From Erysipelotrichaceae bacterium (lineage in GTDB: Bacteria; Bacillota_I; Bacilli_A; Erysipelotrichales; Erysipelotrichaceae): a DNA stretch of 64,000 nucleotides. The DNA is taken from contig JAFULN010000018.1 in NCBI GenBank assembly GCA_017473335.1, forward strand, positions 557 through 64,556, in the 5' to 3' direction. The translations under genes and the position numbers were made by a program. The notes under the pieces were generated by a model that was not told the origin of the DNA, ran no database searches, and worked only from the letters and a program-made list of their open reading frames with translations. This document shows, in pieces, positions 18,074 through 26,850 of the stretch; within the stretch, counting starts at the first letter, position 1, and each line of letters begins with the position of its first letter.

Positions 18074-18493
18074 ATGCTAGAAACAATTGCAGAAAAATAT
18101 TATCAACAAGGCTACAACTGTGCAGAAACAATTCTAATGGCAGGTATTGAAGCCTATCATTTGGATGTAGACATCAATAGCGTAAGAATGATGTCTGCCT
18201 TTGGAGGAGGGCTTCAGTGTGGTGATCTATGTGGATGTCTAAGTGGAGCTGCTGCTGTACTAGGATTGAAATATGTAGATACCAAAGCACATGACTTTGC
18301 ACAACTGCGCCCCTATACACAGCTTCTTATGAAAGAATTTGAAAAAGTCTTAGGTGCTAGAAAATGCGTAGATATTAAACCACGTCTTTATTCAAAAGAA
18401 ATCAGATGTCTCAACACGGTACGTGCAGGAGCCATCGCGCTAGAAAACACTATCCATCAAATAGAAAACAAGACATCTCATCATCAGTTGTGA
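18074..18493 (+). CDS. C_GCAxxG_C_C-family protein (putative redox-active)
   Basis: QGYNCAETIL and GDLCGCLSGAA motifs. Has its own TGGTAAAAT extended -10 at 18042-18050. Confidence 0.7.
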   Translation: MLETIAEKYYQQGYNCAETILMAGIEAYHLDVDINSVRMMSAFGGGLQCGDLCGCLSGAAAVLGLKYVDTKAHDFAQLRPYTQLLMKEFEKVLGARKCVDIKPRLYSKEIRCLNTVRAGAIALENTIHQIENKTSHHQL

Positions 18494-18504
18494 GATGTCT
18501 TGTT
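18467..18504. terminator. Hairpin between convergent genes
   Basis: 14-bp stem AACAAGACATCTCA / TGAGATGTCTTGTT with a 10-nt loop. Confidence 0.6.
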
Positions 18505-18505
18505 T

Positions 18506-20092
18506 CTATTGATTAAATGCATCTGGAAGATCATTTTCCAGAAGAATGGTATCTTCAGAAGAAGCATTCTGATAAACAATCGCAAAAGCTTCTTTGACTG
18601 TCTTAACCACATGAATATGTTTCTTATCGAAACCCGCTTCTTTTAAACCTGCTAAAATCGGCTTGGTCTGATTGATGCCAACTAAGATAACTTCATCTGC
18701 CTTGTGAAGCATCTTCATACCAAATTCCTTGTTGAGCTGAGCTTGTTTCTCGCCTAAATCAATCATACCTGGTGTTACAATCCAGCGTTTTCCAGGCATC
18801 ATTTTTAACACATTGAGTGCCATGGATGATCCTACTGGATTAGAATTGAACGCATCATCAATGAATGTCAGTCCATTGATTTTCTTTACTTCTAGACGAT
18901 GTTCAACATAATTTACTTTTGCGACAGCTCGCTGAAGCTGTTCCATGGAAATCCCCATTTCCAGCCCTACCGCAATCGCTGCTAGAATATTCGCAATATT
19001 ATGCTCACCTAAAAGCTTCGTTTTAAATGGTGTACATGATCCACCTTTTTGCAGCAGTTCAAAATGACTTCCCTGACTTGAATATACAATATTCACAGCA
19101 CGCAGATCTGCATCTTCCTGTTTAATCGCATACGTAACAATTTTACAGTTATTTTTTAACTGATAGTTACGAATATACTCATTGTCCAGATTCAGTACAC
19201 CTACACCATGTTCTGGCAAGTTCTCAATCAGCTTCATCTTTTCATCGATGATATTCTGCAAAGTACCGAACGTATTTAAATGCTGAGGACCAATCGAAGT
19301 CACAATACCAATTTCAGGTTTTACAAAATCACTTAGCTGCTGAATATCCCCAACATGATCTGCACCCATTTCACAGATAAACACTTCATGGATAGGTTTC
19401 AGTTTTTCACGAACTGTAATCGTAATTCCCATTGGTGTATTGAATGATGCTGGTGTCATCAGTGAATAATATTTTTCTGATAAAATTTCCTGCAGAATAT
19501 TCTTAGAAGATGTTTTTCCAAAGCTTCCAGTAATCCCAACAATTTTAGCAGGACAAGTTCTCATAATCTCCTTAGCCATCTTCATGAACTTTTCTTTGAT
19601 CATGTTTTCTACTGGTTCAGTGATAACAGCCATCAGATACATCATGATCCAGTTGCACAGATAAGCAAGGATGATTAGAAAGCCCATCCATTTGAATGGA
19701 AGCTTAATAACAAATGGCACAAACAAAAGAATATCCAACACAATCAATACTACCAGCTGACGGCGTACACGCCATGTCAGATTCAAAGGTTTAATTGCCT
19801 GACGTTTCTTTTCAGTTTTAAAGCAGACAAATAAAATCAGCAGTGCCAGAATTGTATCTGCTAAAAGAATCATCCATACTTTCGGAAGCCACAAAAACAC
19901 CAAAATCAAGACAAAACAAATAAACTCTTTATAAAGCTTAAAGAATGAACGAGACAGTTTCTCTTTCATCCAATCTGTATAGCGTTTCAGCTCATAGCGA
20001 TTTTGTTGAAACATATGCAGTGCATGTTTCGTAGGCAGAAACATCAATGCTGCACATAGCACAAAGGCAAGAATTCGAACCATTACTGTCAT
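18506..20092 (-). CDS. murF: MurF-like Mur ligase (UDP-MurNAc-tripeptide--D-Ala-D-Ala ligase family) with an N-terminal polytopic membrane domain
   Basis: P-loop GITGSFGKTSSK at aa 187-198 and DDAFNSNPVGS (MurF-type DxYNANP). The first ~160 aa form about 5 hydrophobic helices instead of the canonical soluble domain 1. Confidence 0.7.
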   Translation of the reverse strand: MTVMVRILAFVLCAALMFLPTKHALHMFQQNRYELKRYTDWMKEKLSRSFFKLYKEFICFVLILVFLWLPKVWMILLADTILALLILFVCFKTEKKRQAIKPLNLTWRVRRQLVVLIVLDILLFVPFVIKLPFKWMGFLIILAYLCNWIMMYLMAVITEPVENMIKEKFMKMAKEIMRTCPAKIVGITGSFGKTSSKNILQEILSEKYYSLMTPASFNTPMGITITVREKLKPIHEVFICEMGADHVGDIQQLSDFVKPEIGIVTSIGPQHLNTFGTLQNIIDEKMKLIENLPEHGVGVLNLDNEYIRNYQLKNNCKIVTYAIKQEDADLRAVNIVYSSQGSHFELLQKGGSCTPFKTKLLGEHNIANILAAIAVGLEMGISMEQLQRAVAKVNYVEHRLEVKKINGLTFIDDAFNSNPVGSSMALNVLKMMPGKRWIVTPGMIDLGEKQAQLNKEFGMKMLHKADEVILVGINQTKPILAGLKEAGFDKKHIHVVKTVKEAFAIVYQNASSEDTILLENDLPDAFNQ

Positions 20093-20853
20093 GCCTTTTC
20101 CCCTCTTTCTTTCTCAAAGAATGCATCCAGAATACGATTAAAGCGTACACTCTGGTGCCAATATGCATAATGATCATCCTGTTCAAAGATAATCAGTGCT
20201 GCATCTTTCATTTGTTTTTCCATGAATTTCCCGTCTTCTACTGGAGTAGCTGTATCATTTTCACCAAAAATCAACAAAGTTGGCATAGTCATTTCAGGAA
20301 GCAGATCACGTACATCGTCATTGACTACCTTCACAAAAGTTTCACGCATAATTCCTGTCGCATTACGATAGTCAGAACTTCCTGAATTGCGTTTTAGTTT
20401 CTCTTCCAACTCTTTATTTCCTGTCAGCTGAATCAGTTTCTTACCCATTTTATACGTATAGGTCTTAGCATACCAGTCCAGACCTCTTTTTGGCTTCAGA
20501 CCAGCAGCACCTGTCAGTACCATCTTACGCACTGGATGGTCTTTTGCATAATGAAAGGCAACTCTGCAGCCAAAAGAATGACCTACTATTATAGGGTTTT
20601 CAACCTTTAATTTTTCACAGAATTCATGCAGTGCATCCGCAAAGTCTTGTACTGACCATGAAGTTTCAGGTTCTTCACTTTCTCCATGTCCTTGAAAATC
20701 AAGAACAGTCACTCTAAAATCTTTTTCAAAATGTTCCGCAATTGGAAGCATCATTTCTATATTCTGGCCCCACCCATGCAGAAAAAGAATGTCGATTCCA
20801 ACACCCTTTTGCACATAATTGACCATTCTATTTCTAATTTCTATTTTAGGCAT
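20089..20853 (-). CDS. Alpha/beta hydrolase
   Basis: HGWG and the nucleophile elbow GHSFG. ATGA overlap with the murF-like gene. AGGAGA SD. Confidence 0.75.
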   Translation of the reverse strand: MPKIEIRNRMVNYVQKGVGIDILFLHGWGQNIEMMLPIAEHFEKDFRVTVLDFQGHGESEEPETSWSVQDFADALHEFCEKLKVENPIIVGHSFGCRVAFHYAKDHPVRKMVLTGAAGLKPKRGLDWYAKTYTYKMGKKLIQLTGNKELEEKLKRNSGSSDYRNATGIMRETFVKVVNDDVRDLLPEMTMPTLLIFGENDTATPVEDGKFMEKQMKDAALIIFEQDDHYAYWHQSVRFNRILDAFFEKERGEKA

Positions 20854-20982
20854 AGTATCTCCTGTCTGTTATCATTATATTCAATCTCATGAAAAATTGA
20901 AAGAGATTGATAAATAAGAAAAATAAGATATTGAAGATTATTCAAAATATGATATATTATAAGTAAGAAAGGAGAATATCGC

Positions 20983-21348
20983 ATGTTTAAATGGATGACA
21001 GGAAACACATACTCCAACGTCGTAACACTTTATGCCAACAACTTCACATTAAACAGTGTAGCGTGTCAGTATTTTCAAGAGATTCGCTGGTGTCTTATCG
21101 GCATTGATGAAGCCTCTTTGAAAGTAGCAATCAAGCCAGTAACAGCACGCGAAATAGATCTCCATCTGGCACCTATGGAACACCTTAATAAAGTATCTAT
21201 GGGAAAAGGATATGCACGCATCAGCAACAAACATATTGTCGATGAGATTTCAACACTGATTCAAAAAGAATGCAACGGATTGAAATTTCTGGCATCATAT
21301 GACGAAAAAGAAAAAATGCTGATTGTTGATCTCAACCGTCAGCTGTAG
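20983..21348 (+). CDS. Hypothetical protein (121 aa)
   Basis: Good SD (AAAGGAGAA) and a complete ORF. No motif recognised. Confidence 0.5.
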   Translation: MFKWMTGNTYSNVVTLYANNFTLNSVACQYFQEIRWCLIGIDEASLKVAIKPVTAREIDLHLAPMEHLNKVSMGKGYARISNKHIVDEISTLIQKECNGLKFLASYDEKEKMLIVDLNRQL

Positions 21349-21362
21349 AAAGGGGAATGAAT

Positions 21363-21797
21363 ATGAGTTTCTATTTCTGGCTATGGGCCGCTGTTGCAGT
21401 TGCCTCGATCGTTCTGGAAGCTGCAACACTCTCAGCACTGGTCAGTATCTGGTTTGCCTTTGGAGCGTTGTGCGCAATGATTGTTGCAATCTTCAATGAT
21501 GTATTCTGGATTCAACTGACCGTCTTCATGGTTGTCTCATTAGTGTTAGCTATGGCAATTCGCCCAATAACACGCAAACTTCTTAGAGGTACAGCCATTC
21601 CTACTAACGCAGACCGCCTGATTGGAATGCGCACTAAACTTATTAGTTCTATTACTGATGACCATTTGGGTACACTAAAAGCTGGTGGTCTGATTTGGAA
21701 CGCCATTTCCGCAAATCACTCTCCAATTGATAAGGGGACTGAAGTCGAAATCCTCTCCATGGATGGTAATAAACTCATTGTCAAAGAAATCAAATAA
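21363..21797 (+). CDS. NfeD-family membrane protein
   Basis: Three N-terminal TM segments and a C-terminal OB-like tail GTLKAGGLIWNA..GTEVEILSMDGNKLIVKE. The ATG at 21363 is better spaced from AAAGGGGA than 21357. Confidence 0.75.
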   Translation: MSFYFWLWAAVAVASIVLEAATLSALVSIWFAFGALCAMIVAIFNDVFWIQLTVFMVVSLVLAMAIRPITRKLLRGTAIPTNADRLIGMRTKLISSITDDHLGTLKAGGLIWNAISANHSPIDKGTEVEILSMDGNKLIVKEIK

Positions 21798-21823
21798 CAT
21801 CATAAAGAAAGGAGACCTCATCC

Positions 21824-22387
21824 ATGAAACGTCATTTTACAACTTTCATTTTACAGGAACATGTCTTCTCAATCACTTTAAGTGTCTTTCTGATGCTAAC
21901 TTCTCGAGTGATTACTTCATCTATTGAACTGGCAAATCTGTTTATGATTGCAGGTACTGTCTTTCTATTAGTTTCACTTCTTCCAATGATTTCTAAACTA
22001 ATAAAGCTAAATTCATTTCTTAAAGAGAATCATATCAATGCAGCTCAGTGTAAAATCATTGAAAATGCTGCATTCAATGAAGAAATGGTTTATGCTTACA
22101 GTTTTCAACAGATGACTGCACTGCCATATACTGATATTACAGTTGTACGTCATGTTCAAAACATTTACGAAAAAACTCGTCCAGGATATAAAGGGAATCA
22201 TAAAGTTGTGTTGATGTCAAAATTTGATAAAATACTTATTCCTGTTAAAAATGAAGAAATTGCAGAAACCATCATGAACTTTATACAAACTAAAAATCCT
22301 GCTGTTGAGTCCCAGCACAAACAAAGCACTTACACTCCTACGTTTCTTAGCGATTTACAAAACTGGAGTGTTGATGGTCGCTTTTAA
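21824..22387 (+). CDS. Hypothetical membrane protein (2 predicted TM segments) between the NfeD and SPFH genes
   Basis: AAAGGAGA SD. Hydrophobic N-terminal third. No motif recognised. Confidence 0.5.
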   Translation: MKRHFTTFILQEHVFSITLSVFLMLTSRVITSSIELANLFMIAGTVFLLVSLLPMISKLIKLNSFLKENHINAAQCKIIENAAFNEEMVYAYSFQQMTALPYTDITVVRHVQNIYEKTRPGYKGNHKVVLMSKFDKILIPVKNEEIAETIMNFIQTKNPAVESQHKQSTYTPTFLSDLQNWSVDGRF

Positions 22388-22439
22388 TCCTGCTTGTCAG
22401 GTAGAAAGGAAATGCAGATAAAATCTGCTAGGTAAAATT

Positions 22440-23342
22440 ATGCATCCTATTTTTCAAATCATTCTTTTCATCATCCTGTTTGCCGCCGTTGCGTCAATCC
22501 TCCTCTACTGTGTTCGTATTATTCCGCAATCTCAGGCATTTGTTGTAGAACGTCTGGGACACTACTATAAAACACTGTTGTCTGGTCCTCGCTTCTTAAT
22601 TCCATTTGTGGATCGCGTTGCCAATAAAGTAACATTAAAAGAAATCGTAAAAGATTTTGATCCACAGCCTGTTATTACAAAAGATAATGTTACAATGCAG
22701 ATTGATACTGTTGTATATTTCCAGATTACAGATCCTAAATTGTATACTTATGGTGTTGAACGCCCAATCAGCGCTATTGAAAATCTGACAGCTACAACAC
22801 TGCGTAATATCATTGGTGATCTGGAACTGGATGAAACACTCACATCACGTGATATCATCAACACAAAGATGCGTGCGATTCTGGATGAAGCAACTGACCC
22901 ATGGGGTGTTAAAGTCAGCCGTGTTGAAGTAAAGAATATTATTCCTCCACGTGATATTCAGGACTCCATGGAAAAACAGATGCGTGCAGAACGTGAAAGA
23001 CGTGAAAAGATTCTGCAGGCTGAAGGTGAAAAGCGTGCAGCTATCCTAACTGCCGAAGGTGAAAAAGAATCAATGATTCTTCGTGCAACAGCTAAGAAAG
23101 AAGCAATGATTGCAGAAGCAGAAGGTCAGGCAAAAGCTATGGAACGTGTTTATCAGGCACAGGCTGAAGGTATGCGTCTGATTAACGAAGCAAATCCTGG
23201 TCAGGCTTTCCTGACAATCAAAGGCTATGAAGCTCTTGAAAAGGTTGCTGACGGCAAATCAACAAAACTTATCATTCCTAGCAATCTTCAGGATATTTCT
23301 GGAACACTCGCTGCTCTGGCTGAAGTTGTCGACAAAAAATAA
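22440..23342 (+). CDS. SPFH/Band-7 (stomatin-like) protein
   Basis: N-terminal TM, then IPQSQAFVVERLGHY, then a coiled-coil AEGEK repeat region. Confidence 0.85.
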   Translation: MHPIFQIILFIILFAAVASILLYCVRIIPQSQAFVVERLGHYYKTLLSGPRFLIPFVDRVANKVTLKEIVKDFDPQPVITKDNVTMQIDTVVYFQITDPKLYTYGVERPISAIENLTATTLRNIIGDLELDETLTSRDIINTKMRAILDEATDPWGVKVSRVEVKNIIPPRDIQDSMEKQMRAERERREKILQAEGEKRAAILTAEGEKESMILRATAKKEAMIAEAEGQAKAMERVYQAQAEGMRLINEANPGQAFLTIKGYEALEKVADGKSTKLIIPSNLQDISGTLAALAEVVDKK

Positions 23343-23350
23343 TTTTGCCA

Positions 23351-23381
23351 GGTGCCTGAGAAATTCTCAGGCACCTTTTTT
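23351..23381. terminator. Bidirectional Rho-independent terminator
   Basis: GGTGCCTGAG (23351-23360) / CTCAGGCACC (23366-23375) followed by TTTTTT. Confidence 0.8.
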
Positions 23382-23640
23382 ATTGTTCTTCTACACTGAC
23401 ACAGTACACATGATAAGCACCTTCTTTACTAATAACCCAAACCAGAAGCATATCACTGCTTTGATCTGGCTCTTCTTTAAAGCAGTGAAATACATGTTCA
23501 ACCTTAGTAATATCTTCCCCTGTAAACAAAGAAAGATAATTTCTTAGATTGAAATAGTTCCACTTTGGATCTTTCAGACGATCCATGATTTTCTTCACAG
23601 TTAATCCTTCAGAGTGAAGCTGAATATGTATCCTGCTCAT
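23380..23640 (-). CDS. Hypothetical protein (86 aa)
   Basis: GGAGGTGA SD directly upstream. No motif recognised. Confidence 0.45.
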   Translation of the reverse strand: MSRIHIQLHSEGLTVKKIMDRLKDPKWNYFNLRNYLSLFTGEDITKVEHVFHCFKEEPDQSSDMLLVWVISKEGAYHVYCVSVEEQ

Positions 23641-23882
23641 CTTATCACCTCCACTTTATTTATTGTCTTTATCGCTTCAAAACCTTTTCAGAAACTCAAT
23701 GAAAATGATTTTCTTTTCTAAAGTCATTCAATGTACTACATACATCAACAATAAAGATAATAAACAATTGTGCTTCCAGATTCTGGAATTAGTTCAGATT
23801 AAGTAAAGAAATACGTTTTTTTTATCATTTTCATTGATGAAACAGTTTTAATCATTTAGAATAATAATACTGTGAGGTAATT

Positions 23883-24413
23883 ATGAAAAAAATAGTAGTA
23901 TCCGACATTCATGGCTCTATTGATTCTGTACATCATCTTCTAGATGCTATGAAACATCATCAAACTGATCAAATTCTAGCACTAGGTGATTTCTTATATC
24001 ATGGTCCACGTAATCCGCTTCCTGAACATTATTCTCCAAAAGAAGTCATTCAAGTACTGAATACATTAAAAATTCAGGCAGTGCGTGGTAATTGTGATGC
24101 AGAAGTAGATCAAATGGTCTTAAACTTTCCGATCATGGACACAGTGAAGCATATCCAGGTAGGTAATAAACTGTGTGCCATGACCCATGGACATATCATG
24201 AACCCTGAGCGTCCATTGGCGAATATTGATATCCTTCTTTATGGTCATGTTCATCTTCCAATCGCTAAAAAAGAAAAGAACCTGATTATTTTAAATCCAG
24301 GTTCTATCACACTTCCTAAAGAAAACAATCCAAGAACATATGCAATTTTGGAAGATCACAGCTTTACCATTTATACGCTGGATCACCAAGTATTCAAATC
24401 CATTGAATTTTAA
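23883..24413 (+). CDS. yfcE: YfcE/MJ0936-family metallophosphoesterase
   Basis: VVSDIHGS, GDFLYHGPRN, GNCD and GHVH metallophosphoesterase motifs. Confidence 0.8.
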   Translation: MKKIVVSDIHGSIDSVHHLLDAMKHHQTDQILALGDFLYHGPRNPLPEHYSPKEVIQVLNTLKIQAVRGNCDAEVDQMVLNFPIMDTVKHIQVGNKLCAMTHGHIMNPERPLANIDILLYGHVHLPIAKKEKNLIILNPGSITLPKENNPRTYAILEDHSFTIYTLDHQVFKSIEF

Positions 24414-24416
24414 AAA

Positions 24417-24435
24417 GGACTCCACGAAGGAGTCC
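24417..24435. terminator. Hairpin between convergent yfcE and glgP
   Basis: GGACTCC / GGAGTCC stem with an ACGAA loop, flanked by an A-run and a T-run. Confidence 0.65.
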
Positions 24436-24444
24436 TTTGTCATT

Positions 24445-26850
24445 TTATTTTACTGCAACTGGATGGATATTCCATACTTCTTCAGCGTACTGTTTGATTG
24501 TACGATCTGATGAGAAGTAACCAGATTTCGCAATATTGACCAGACACATTCTAGCCCATGCACTGCGATCTTGATAACGGCGTTCAACTTCCTCATGAGC
24601 CTTGACATAAGCATCAAAGTCCTGAAGAACAAAGTATTCGTCATTATTGTACATCAGATCTGCATAGATAGACTTGAATTCATCTGCATTCTTAGACCAT
24701 GTACCATTGTTCAGTGATTCAATCACCTTGCGGATACGTTCATCACTGTTATACAGAGTCCATGAGCTGTAAGTTGGCTTCAAACGAGCTACTTCTTCAA
24801 CTGTGCAGCCGAAGATAACATCATTGTCACGGCCAACCAGTCCATCGATTTCAACGTTAGCACCATCCAATGTACCCAAAGTCAATGCACCGTTCATCAT
24901 GAACTTCATGTTACCAGTACCAGAAGCTTCTTTACCAGCAGTTGAAATCTGTTCAGATACATCTGCAGCATTCATCAGCTTTTCCGCAATAGATACACTG
25001 TAGTTAGGAATAAACACAACCTTCAGCATACCATCGATGTCAGCATCGTTGTTGACAACTTCTGCAACACTGTTGATCAGCTTAATCACAGCCTTTGCGA
25101 ATACATACGCAGGTGCAGCTTTTGCCGCAAATACAAATGTATGTGGAGTAATCTTGAAGTTCTTGTCTTCTTTCATTCTCTGATACAGATACATAACATG
25201 CAGAATATTCAAAAGCTGTCTCTTATAAGCATGAAGACGCTTAGCCTGTACGTCAATGATTGAATTTGTATCAATTTCGATACCTGTTTCTTTCTTAATC
25301 AGAGCAGCCAGAATCGCTTTACGTTCTTTCTTCACTGCCATAAAACGTTCCTGAAGTTCAGGATTGTCTACATGATCCATCAGCTTAATCAGCTGTGCAG
25401 GGTCATTCTGATATTCAGTTCCGATGACTTCATTCAGCAGCTCTCTCAGCTGAGGGTTGGAGTAAAGCAGCCATCTTCTGTGTGTAATACCATTTGTCTT
25501 GTTGTTGAACTTGTTTGACCACAATTTTACAAAGTCACCAAACAAATCACGCTTAATAATATCAGTATGCAGTGCAGCTACACCATTGACGCTGAAGCTT
25601 CCTACCACTGCCAGATTTGCCATATGCACTGTATCATCCTTGATGATTGCAACACGGTGTTCCATTCCCTTATCAGATGGATAACGATGCTGAACTTCCA
25701 GTGTAAAACGACGATGAATTTCCTGGATAATCATCCAGATACGTGGAAGCAGACGAGAAATGTAGCGAACTGGCCACTTTTCAAGAGCTTCTGACATAAT
25801 TGTGTGGTTTGTATACGCCATTGTATGAGTAACAATGTACCAAGCCTGATCCCATTCATAGCTGTATTCATCCATCAGAATACGCATCAGTTCAGGAATA
25901 CATAGAACTGGATGAGTATCATTCAGCTGAATAACAACTTTTTCATGGAAGTTGTCCATTGTACCATAAGTCTTCATGTGTTCTCTTACAATTGTATTCA
26001 AACCAGCTGACACAAAGAAATATTCCTGTTTTACACGAAGCAGGCGTCCTTCTTCAGTTGAATCATCTGGATATACATTTCTTGTAATAGAGTTTACATC
26101 TTCCAGGTACTTGATAAAGTCTTTCCCTGCAGGAAGATTTTCTGACGCTTCTGCATCCCACAGACGCAGAGTATTTGTTTCACCAGTCTGGTGTCCAATC
26201 ACTGGCATATCGTAAGGTACTGCACGCACACATTCTGCATCAACATGATTGAAAATCAGCTTTCCATTCACGTCCTGCTTCACTTCTACATGGCCAAAGA
26301 ACTTAACATCTACGGCATGTTTAGGTTTTCTAACTTCCCAGATATTGCCAATTTTCAGCCACTGATCTGGTACTTCTACCTGATAGCCATTTACGATTTT
26401 CTGTTTGAACAGACCATACTGGTAACGAATGCAGTTTCCGTTGCCTGGCAGCTGCAGTGAAGCCAGTGAATCCAGGAAACATGCAGCCAGTCGTCCCAGA
26501 CCACCGTTTCCAAGACCCGCATCACTTTCCAGATCTTCCAGTGCATTCAGATCAACACCCATTTCATCAAGTCCATCACGAACCATCTCATAAATGCCCA
26601 TGTTCATCATGTTGTTTGTCAAAAGACGTCCAATCAAAAATTCCATACTGAAATAATACAGTTTCTTTGCATTGTTTTCTGAAATCTGATCTTTCGTCTT
26701 CTTCCAGTTGATGCTTGCATACTCACGAATCATTTCCCCCAAAACGAGGTACTGTTCTGTAATGTCCGCTGAATCCAGTGAACGGCCATACATTCTGATC
26801 ATTCGCTCAGCATACTGCTGTTTGAATTCCTCTTTGTTTGAAAACATCAT
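24445..26850 (-). CDS. glgP: Glycogen/alpha-glucan phosphorylase
   Basis: 801 aa. EASGTGNMKFMMNGA PLP-lysine motif and GLGNGGLGRLAACFLDS. Confidence 0.95.
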   Translation of the reverse strand: MMFSNKEEFKQQYAERMIRMYGRSLDSADITEQYLVLGEMIREYASINWKKTKDQISENNAKKLYYFSMEFLIGRLLTNNMMNMGIYEMVRDGLDEMGVDLNALEDLESDAGLGNGGLGRLAACFLDSLASLQLPGNGNCIRYQYGLFKQKIVNGYQVEVPDQWLKIGNIWEVRKPKHAVDVKFFGHVEVKQDVNGKLIFNHVDAECVRAVPYDMPVIGHQTGETNTLRLWDAEASENLPAGKDFIKYLEDVNSITRNVYPDDSTEEGRLLRVKQEYFFVSAGLNTIVREHMKTYGTMDNFHEKVVIQLNDTHPVLCIPELMRILMDEYSYEWDQAWYIVTHTMAYTNHTIMSEALEKWPVRYISRLLPRIWMIIQEIHRRFTLEVQHRYPSDKGMEHRVAIIKDDTVHMANLAVVGSFSVNGVAALHTDIIKRDLFGDFVKLWSNKFNNKTNGITHRRWLLYSNPQLRELLNEVIGTEYQNDPAQLIKLMDHVDNPELQERFMAVKKERKAILAALIKKETGIEIDTNSIIDVQAKRLHAYKRQLLNILHVMYLYQRMKEDKNFKITPHTFVFAAKAAPAYVFAKAVIKLINSVAEVVNNDADIDGMLKVVFIPNYSVSIAEKLMNAADVSEQISTAGKEASGTGNMKFMMNGALTLGTLDGANVEIDGLVGRDNDVIFGCTVEEVARLKPTYSSWTLYNSDERIRKVIESLNNGTWSKNADEFKSIYADLMYNNDEYFVLQDFDAYVKAHEEVERRYQDRSAWARMCLVNIAKSGYFSSDRTIKQYAEEVWNIHPVAVK

